DNA of 41,838 nucleotides from a virus. Taxonomy: Duplodnaviria; Caudoviricetes. A model generated the notes under the pieces. The model ran no database searches. It worked only from the letters and a program-made list of their open reading frames with translations, and was not told the DNA's origin. This document shows, one piece after another, positions 37,111 to 41,838 of the stretch. The position numbers and the translations under genes are program-made. Within the stretch, counting starts at the first letter, position 1. Each line of letters starts with the position of its first letter. The stretch is taken from IMG/VR virus record IMGVR_UViG_3300048901_000018, positions 1 through 41,838 of that record; one strand, written 5' to 3'.

Positions 37111-38649
37111 CTAAAACCGGGCGCGACGTGAATTTCTTCCATCATCGTCCATTTCGTACCAGAACATATACTTGGGAACTTGTTTGCTTCGCGGAATCTC
37201 TATTTCTGCGGGCTCAGGCTGGTGGGAGAGCATATACTTAACAGCATCCATCGCATGATCATCGCGGTCGATGGGTCGATCAATGTGTTCGCCCGTCGAA
37301 GTACGGTCCCAGTAATAGTTTGTAATCTCGTCGGTGATAAAGTCCAGATCATCGACAAAATACAGAAGCGGTGCCGGAGACTTTCCAGTGACGATGTGCT
37401 CATGGGTTGGTTGTTCTGCGAGGTAAGCTGCAACCTTCGCAACTCCTGTGATGATATCATTCGTAGCCGGTCTGCATTCCATTCCCGCAGTCGCCAGAAG
37501 TTGTGCAATAGGAGTGCCGGTATCGACGTGCTTTTCAATAACCTTTTGCTTAAAGATTGACGGATCGGCTCTGATCGACTCCTCCACGTTGATAAGATGA
37601 GCGTATTTTGCCCTAATCTTTCGAACGAGATCGGGCTGTTTGGTGTAATGAAGGTTTCTCTCATAGAAGCCATCCAATACAATAACTCTTCCCCAGTCAT
37701 CCACGAATCCAAAAAGATAACACGAAGGAGAGGATATTCCGAAGTCGTATCCCTCAATTGCTTGGACACGGTAATGCTCCCTCTGCAATCTCCACAAATG
37801 ATCCATCGCTTGCTGGCGAGTAAGAAGATTCTTCTCCTCCTCATAATCTTGGTAAACCAAACCTTCATACGCTGCCCACTTGCCTTCAAGGAATCGAGCG
37901 CGCATCTGGCCTCGATACGAAGCCTCCAGAGTACGAATAAAATCGTCTGTGAGATTTTCTTTGTTCGTGTAAGTCGAACCTTCGATCAAATCAATGATCG
38001 GAACGCCGGTCATCGGATTGCAAAGCAGTTGATCCATCTTGCGACCGGATCGCTTGTAAACCTGTAACGGCTTGATCATCTCACGATACACCCAATTACT
38101 TGTTGGGTTGCTCGACAGCATCAGCCATCGTGGTCCCGAATCCGGCATGGATTCGTCCTCGCGTCCTTCTGGGCGGTAAGGTGTTTGTCCACGGAGACGT
38201 CCCATAAGATCGAGAAGGTCTTTATGTACGATTTCAGGATCTTCAATTTGATCGATGCCGATCCAATCATACGTCGCTGAGAGCAAATTCGATGTGGTTG
38301 AGCCATCAACATTTTGCTTACCCCTCTGTGAGATGTAGCGAAAATTGATGATCGTCCCATTCTTGAGGTAACAAGTATTGTCATCCTGTGTTGGCATCTT
38401 CTTGATCCAATCAGGAGGACACCACAGAAAGAAAACCTTCCTCAATGTGTCATTCAGCTTCGGGTAAGTTGAACGGCCAAGGAGCCCGTTTGAACCCGGA
38501 TATTCGACACACAGCTTGAGAGCTTTGATAACCAAAGCGGTGGTCTTGCCGTTCGCAAAACCACCACCAAAGAATTGAATCTTGTTGCGAGACTGATCGA
38601 AGTCCCACTGTATTGTGCCTTTTCTTAATTTGTAATTGTTCTGTGACAT
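37111..38649 (-). CDS. terL: Terminase large subunit
   Basis: Walker A GGFANGKT, Walker B variant WIGIDQIED, LSSNP, RFLEGKW, nuclease GYDFG and DDHAMDAVKY. Confidence 0.92.
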   Translation of the reverse strand: MSQNNYKLRKGTIQWDFDQSRNKIQFFGGGFANGKTTALVIKALKLCVEYPGSNGLLGRSTYPKLNDTLRKVFFLWCPPDWIKKMPTQDDNTCYLKNGTIINFRYISQRGKQNVDGSTTSNLLSATYDWIGIDQIEDPEIVHKDLLDLMGRLRGQTPYRPEGREDESMPDSGPRWLMLSSNPTSNWVYREMIKPLQVYKRSGRKMDQLLCNPMTGVPIIDLIEGSTYTNKENLTDDFIRTLEASYRGQMRARFLEGKWAAYEGLVYQDYEEEKNLLTRQQAMDHLWRLQREHYRVQAIEGYDFGISSPSCYLFGFVDDWGRVIVLDGFYERNLHYTKQPDLVRKIRAKYAHLINVEESIRADPSIFKQKVIEKHVDTGTPIAQLLATAGMECRPATNDIITGVAKVAAYLAEQPTHEHIVTGKSPAPLLYFVDDLDFITDEITNYYWDRTSTGEHIDRPIDRDDHAMDAVKYMLSHQPEPAEIEIPRSKQVPKYMFWYEMDDDGRNSRRARF

Positions 38650-38658
38650 TCGTGTGAT

Positions 38659-38763
38659 TCACACTAAAAACCAAATGAGGGCAACGATCGAGTAACCTAC
38701 CGCAAAATAACAAAGAGCCCCTTGCGGTCCGCTCAGCCAGTAATGGAACTCTTTCCAACTCAT
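38659..38763 (-). CDS. 34-aa single-TM peptide not in the ORF track
   Basis: MSWKEFHYWLSGPQGALCYFAVGYSIVALIWFLV; ATGA overlap upstream, stop TGA supplied by the palindrome at 38652. Confidence 0.6.
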   Translation of the reverse strand: MSWKEFHYWLSGPQGALCYFAVGYSIVALIWFLV

Positions 38764-38969
38764 TCCATGTGCCAGCCGTACACGAACGGTGCCCACTGAG
38801 GAGCACTAGGATTGCCAAGAGCAACAATACACGCTTTCGCTGTGGAATCATACACAATCTCACCAGCGTAACGCGCAGTCGCCGGCGGTCCAGCATTTGA
38901 CCTATTCGGCGTCGAGTATGGAGGGTCCATTGGCTCCGTTGGGCGTGCTAAATTCGGTACTATCGCCAT
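38760..38969 (-). CDS. Hypothetical protein
   Basis: AGGAGG RBS upstream; overlaps the end of the putative small terminase. Confidence 0.6.
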   Translation of the reverse strand: MAIVPNLARPTEPMDPPYSTPNRSNAGPPATARYAGEIVYDSTAKACIVALGNPSAPQWAPFVYGWHME

Positions 38970-39627
38970 TATCGCCTCCTATGGTTGAATCGATTTCAAT
39001 ATTGACGTTCTTCCCGGCACCGAATTCGTCCAGTACCTGTATACGCAGAACGTTCTTGAGAGAAATCTGTTTCTCCGCGACCGCTTTGGGATTGAATCCA
39101 CCACGATCCATAAGGTCAATCGATGCTCGTAGACGGTTTCCCTCAATCTTACCGTTAGCTGATACGTGCGCAATCGTGTCGAGTGCTCCGTGCGCATAAG
39201 CGGCAATGCGATGAGTAACGTTTTCACTTTCTGCTGAGATGATTTCGGAGCCCAAAAGTTCCAGATACTCCGAATAAGCAGCATGAGCCCTAATTTCCTC
39301 AACCTCGGGTACTGAACACTTAAGCGCATGGGCTATCTCTCTATCACCTACGCCAAAGAACGTGTAGAGCATGACCGCGCCACAAGCATTCAAGACATTC
39401 GGCTGTGCTGGCAATTCGTTGAGGTTTCGACGTCTCTTCCCCTTAAACGTAACGGGGTTGATCTTGGTTTCGTTCTTGATTCTTGGGAAGTAATCTTCCG
39501 GGTATTCGGGCGCAATAAGAGACCCATCCGGTGCTACGAACGGGTCTCCTACACGAGCGAGAATAGGCACAGGGGGGGATGGCTTGGCCTTTTCCCGCTT
39601 GACCCTTGGTTTGTAGACCTTGGGCAT
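38902..39627 (-). CDS. Putative terminase small subunit
   Basis: HTH-like GDREIAHALKCSVPEVEEIR, RLRASIDLMDRGG; upstream of terL. Confidence 0.6.
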   Translation of the reverse strand: MPKVYKPRVKREKAKPSPPVPILARVGDPFVAPDGSLIAPEYPEDYFPRIKNETKINPVTFKGKRRRNLNELPAQPNVLNACGAVMLYTFFGVGDREIAHALKCSVPEVEEIRAHAAYSEYLELLGSEIISAESENVTHRIAAYAHGALDTIAHVSANGKIEGNRLRASIDLMDRGGFNPKAVAEKQISLKNVLRIQVLDEFGAGKNVNIEIDSTIGGDNGDSTEFSTPNGANGPSILDAE

Positions 39628-39635
39628 GGGAAAGC

Positions 39636-39995
39636 CTATGTGCTTGAAGCCTCTTGAGCCTGTTTGCGAGCCTCTTTGGCGGCTTCTATATCTGCGACGA
39701 TCTTGGCAAAGCCCTCATCGCGCTTGGCTTGATTGTTCGCGGCGGTCTCTTCGGCTTGGGCCTTCACCTTCGCCTCGAAGTCCTCGTCACTTTCGCCCTC
39801 AGTCCGCGCTATCGGCGGAGGTGCTGGCTCATCGAATTGTGTGAGAACAGCTTCGGGCTTGTTCGAGGATAAACCCTCTTGGAACAGCACCGTTGCCGTC
39901 CTCATGACGAAATCCTGATCCGTTTCGTCCTCGATCCTCGGCAAATATCCCTCCGAGTCGAACTGATACTGGGCCTTCTGAACTGCTTGCTTCAT
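39636..39995 (-). CDS. Acidic helical hypothetical protein
   Basis: Palindrome plus AAGGAG RBS before ATG 39995 (MKQAVQ); internal repeat R.EDETDQDF / R.EGESDEDF. Confidence 0.7.
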   Translation of the reverse strand: MKQAVQKAQYQFDSEGYLPRIEDETDQDFVMRTATVLFQEGLSSNKPEAVLTQFDEPAPPPIARTEGESDEDFEAKVKAQAEETAANNQAKRDEGFAKIVADIEAAKEARKQAQEASST

Positions 39996-40058
39996 TTTCA
40001 ACTCCTTGTGTGACTCACACGACGGGAAAAGAATCAACTCAATAGGAATCACTTCCTA

Positions 40059-40436
40059 TTACCGCGTTCCGAGAGGATTCCGATCCCCGTTGTAGATCGG
40101 ATTCGGGGTGGAATTGGGCGCCATTGTAAACGCCTGACGAATGTCAGTCACGTCAGAAGCGGTCGTATTGCGATTGACCATATAGGTCTGCACAATAGGA
40201 CGAACCCCGCCCAATTCGGGACTTGCCGCGATTTCTGCGTACCAATAGGAGGCTAAGCCTCCCGGTGCGGCTCCTAAGAGCGTGTCCAAGATCGGGCGAA
40301 GTGCAAATTCACCCTTATTACTGAGCGCCTGAGCTATTCGGCGAGTGAAATGGTCAGTGATCTGCGGCCCAATACTGCCGAGAGTAGGGCCATAACCGGC
40401 ATGTAGACCACCTTTAACGTCGCATAGAGACCTCAT
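40059..40436 (-). CDS. Hypothetical protein, first gene of the late arm
   Basis: TGGAGG RBS before ATG 40436 (MRSLCDVKGG). Confidence 0.7.
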   Translation of the reverse strand: MRSLCDVKGGLHAGYGPTLGSIGPQITDHFTRRIAQALSNKGEFALRPILDTLLGAAPGGLASYWYAEIAASPELGGVRPIVQTYMVNRNTTASDVTDIRQAFTMAPNSTPNPIYNGDRNPLGTR

Positions 40437-40456
40437 TTTGTCCTCCAAAGTAGTTA

Positions 40457-40548
40457 AAATGCCGTTGGGCCGAGCGTCTGACAGGAAACAGACACCCGGC
40501 CCGAGCAAAATGTGACCCTGAACGGCACATTTCACGTGTGAATCACAC
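40457..40548 (-). promoter_or_regulatory. Structured 5' leader of the late transcript
   Basis: 14-bp stem 40467-40480 / 40489-40502 with two G-U pairs that form only on the minus strand, flanked by alternative pairings. Confidence 0.55.
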
Positions 40549-40584
40549 GGAAAGCAGGAGGAAACGCATGACTCACCGACCATT

Positions 40585-40613
40585 ATCCTACCATATGTCA
40601 GTATACCTGTCAA
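40585..40613 (-). promoter_or_regulatory. Sigma70-type promoter for the late arm
   Basis: TTGACA (40613-40608), 17 nt, TGg-TAGGAT (40590-40585). Confidence 0.7.
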
Positions 40614-40649
40614 GAACTATTTCGTGTGATTCACACGAAGTGATTCACC

Positions 40650-40666
40650 TGCGACATATCGTCGCA
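40650..40666. promoter_or_regulatory. RegR/PrrA-like inverted repeat TGCGAC-N5-GTCGCA
   Basis: Perfect 6-bp arms with a 5-nt spacer, between divergent promoters. Confidence 0.55.
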
Positions 40667-40681
40667 CCCCCCATAACCTGC

Positions 40682-40711
40682 TTGACTTCACATACCAAAC
40701 TGTGGTAGTTT
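40682..40711 (+). promoter_or_regulatory. Sigma70-type promoter for plus-strand early genes
   Basis: TTGACT, 18 nt, TGg-TAGTTT. Confidence 0.55.
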
Positions 40712-40829
40712 AATGGTATTCTGTGACGCGATGCGGAAGTATTGCGACCCCCTCTGACCAGTAAGACGCGCATCATTTGCGATCGTTCCGACACCCTTTT
40801 CCGTGTGAATCACACTTCAGGAGACCAAA

Positions 40830-41102
40830 ATGGCCCGCAAAATACCGGGATTTAACTGGGATAGAGTGCAGAAAGAGACGCGCATCCATCAAGGAGAGCG
40901 TGTTTCTGTCGTTAAGGAAGATGAGCGACCGATTAACAGGAAGATTGCTGAGTTAATCCGATATAAACAGGATTTGAAGGATAAGGGTGAGCCGTATGAA
41001 GTTCGGAAGATAGTGCAAGATGAGATAGATAAACTGATGAAGAAACGGGAAGCTAAAAGGAACGCCGCGCTATTTCGTGAATGGAAGGATAGAACTCGAT
41101 GA
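40830..41102 (+). CDS. Charged helical hypothetical protein
   Basis: Palindrome at 40803, then CAGGAG RBS. Confidence 0.7.
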   Translation: MARKIPGFNWDRVQKETRIHQGERVSVVKEDERPINRKIAELIRYKQDLKDKGEPYEVRKIVQDEIDKLMKKREAKRNAALFREWKDRTR

Positions 41103-41209
41103 ATCGCGATAACGGCGTAAACGGATTTTGGATTCCATTGATATATGGTGGCCTGTTCGGCGCCGCGATCGGTATTATATTATATGTAATATGGTGGAGA
41201 TATTTATGA
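41099..41209 (+). CDS. 36-aa single-TM peptide not in the ORF track
   Basis: MNRDNGVNGFWIPLIYGGLFGAAIGIILYVIWWRYL; ATGA overlaps at both ends. Confidence 0.65.
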   Translation: MNRDNGVNGFWIPLIYGGLFGAAIGIILYVIWWRYL

Positions 41210-41415
41210 GTGTGAATCACACAGACAACAAACTCTACGCGGTTATGGCTAATCACTTCTACGCTGGTATAATCGTGAATCGTGGAGTCATCATTCAAGC
41301 CGCGCCTATTCTTAAATGGTCTATCGGCCAAGACTTCGACAACTTTAGGTTGTATTGTCGTAAGAAATTCTGGGCGATAGGCCCTGAAATCAAACCATTG
41401 GATCATCAGCTATGA
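41206..41415 (+). CDS. Hypothetical protein (69 aa)
   Basis: GGAG RBS, ATG 41206; HFYAGII..GVIIQAAPILKWSIG pattern; palindrome at codons 2-6. Confidence 0.7.
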   Translation: MSVNHTDNKLYAVMANHFYAGIIVNRGVIIQAAPILKWSIGQDFDNFRLYCRKKFWAIGPEIKPLDHQL

Positions 41416-41519
41416 GCATGGCACCCCCTCCTAGTCCCACCACACTCATACTCGCATTTGTGATTATGTTTATACTTCTGGTATACGAGTATTTGCATCA
41501 TTCGCTGCGATTATTATAA
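41412..41519 (+). CDS. 35-aa single-TM peptide not in the ORF track
   Basis: MSMAPPPSPTTLILAFVIMFILLVYEYLHHSLRLL; ATGA overlap with the previous stop. Confidence 0.55.
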   Translation: MSMAPPPSPTTLILAFVIMFILLVYEYLHHSLRLL

Positions 41520-41563
41520 ACCACGCGAGGATAATCCTTCCCTCTTTCTTTCCTCTATGCCCC

Positions 41564-41603
41564 AAAGAAAAAGCCCCCTCAGATATCTCTAAGGGGGCTT
41601 TTC
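41564..41603. terminator. Bidirectional intrinsic terminator
   Basis: AAAGAAAAAGCCCCCT-CAGATATCTCTA-AGGGGGCTTTTC. Confidence 0.8.
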
Positions 41604-41646
41604 CATGTTCAGGACTAGGCCCAGAGCCTAATAATGTCCTATCATT
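41564..41646 (-). ncRNA. Candidate ~80-nt small RNA
   Basis: Bounded by a consensus promoter and a terminator. 5' hairpin AGGAC..TAGGC-TCTGG-GCCTA-GTCCT; no ORF longer than 9 codons. Confidence 0.5.
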
Positions 41647-41652
41647 ACCCCC

Positions 41653-41681
41653 ATTATATCGCCGTTAGGCGCGGTTGTCAA
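41653..41681 (-). promoter_or_regulatory. Perfect-consensus sigma70 promoter
   Basis: TTGACA (41681-41676), 17 nt, TATAAT (41658-41653). Confidence 0.85.
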
Positions 41682-41705
41682 GCCATATTCATCAACAATG
41701 CACCC

Positions 41706-41722
41706 TGCGACAATATGCCGCA
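41706..41722. promoter_or_regulatory. Second RegR/PrrA-like inverted repeat TGCGAC-N5-GCCGCA
   Basis: Reads TGCGGC-N5-GTCGCA on the minus strand, upstream of the 41681 promoter. Confidence 0.55.
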
Positions 41723-41838
41723 CCTAAGGGATTTCGTGTGAATCACACACCCCCCTTTTATTGGGAATTGGGCCCCCTTTGCGTAGGTTTGTGTGATTTT
41801 CACTCATGCGTAGGCGCCCGCGCTGCGCGGTGCGCGCC

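Larger units (their letters stand above)
393..41748. repeat. Dispersed 13-bp palindrome GTGTGA-N-TCACAC, 30 perfect copies genome-wide
   Basis: Perfect copies start at 637, 2167, 3877, 4621, 6775, 7685, 9387, 10300, 12661, 17874, 19085, 20115, 21188, 22426, 24170, 26194, 27891, 29816, 30539, 31668, 32680, 36163, 37099, 38652, 40008, 40536, 40624, 40803, 41210 and 41736. One-mismatch copies start at 393, 1518, 5119, 14537, 16784 and 33701. The centre base is free (A9, C8, T7, G6 on +). Many copies extend to CGTGTGANTCACACG. Confidence 0.97.

Noticed and set aside
40059-40613. 184-aa version of the first late ORF
   Set aside because: Its TTG start is the -35 box itself. The RBS-supported start is 40436.
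41053-41406. 117-aa minus-strand ORF as the target of the 41681 promoter
   Set aside because: A strong terminator lies between them, and the ORF is antisense to three coupled plus-strand genes.
637-41748. Palindrome as a CRP/FNR-family site (TGTGA...TCACA half-sites)
   Set aside because: CRP needs a 6-bp spacer between TGTGA and TCACA. Here the spacer is invariably 1 bp, which puts the half-sites in a different geometry.
637-41748. Palindrome copies as a CRISPR array, REP/MITE elements or a DGR repeat
   Set aside because: Copies are only 13-15 bp, mostly hundreds to thousands of bases apart, with no regular spacers, target-site duplications, transposase or reverse transcriptase.
1-41838. 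Integrase, CI-type repressor, RNA polymerase, tRNA genes, stop-codon reassignment
   Set aside because: No supporting motifs seen by eye. Core genes are intact under the standard code, and all three stop codons end genes.

Overview
The window looks like most or all of a ~42-kb tailed phage genome with podovirus-type gene content. An Alphaproteobacterial host is inferred, not shown. A plus-strand arm (40830-41519 and 51-12649) carries small early genes, a Cas4-like nuclease, Sak4-like ATPase, SSB, RecD/Dda-like helicase and a UDG-PolA fusion. A minus-strand arm (40436 to 12685) carries terminase, portal, scaffold, capsid, tail, three fibre genes and ejection proteins. The arms diverge at ~40.6 kb and converge at a bidirectional terminator at ~12.66 kb. 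The most striking signal is a 13-bp palindrome, GTGTGA-N-TCACAC. I counted by eye 30 perfect copies plus about 6 one-mismatch copies, against ~0.0025 expected by chance. It fills 14 late-arm gene junctions, sits inside coding sequences, forms a terminator stem and flanks the promoters. Its core is GANTC, the CcrM methylation site. At two promoters it lies exactly 13 bp from a RegR/PrrA-like box (TGCGAC-N5-GYCGCA). A ribbon-helix-helix gene directly downstream of one copy is the best candidate binder. Also seen: an Acb2/Tad1-like sponge candidate, a candidate ~80-nt sRNA facing small membrane peptides, a structured late leader, and several short ORFs missing from the ORF track. I recognised no primase, integrase, endolysin, RNA polymerase, tRNA or CRISPR array. 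All calls rest on motif recognition without database searches.
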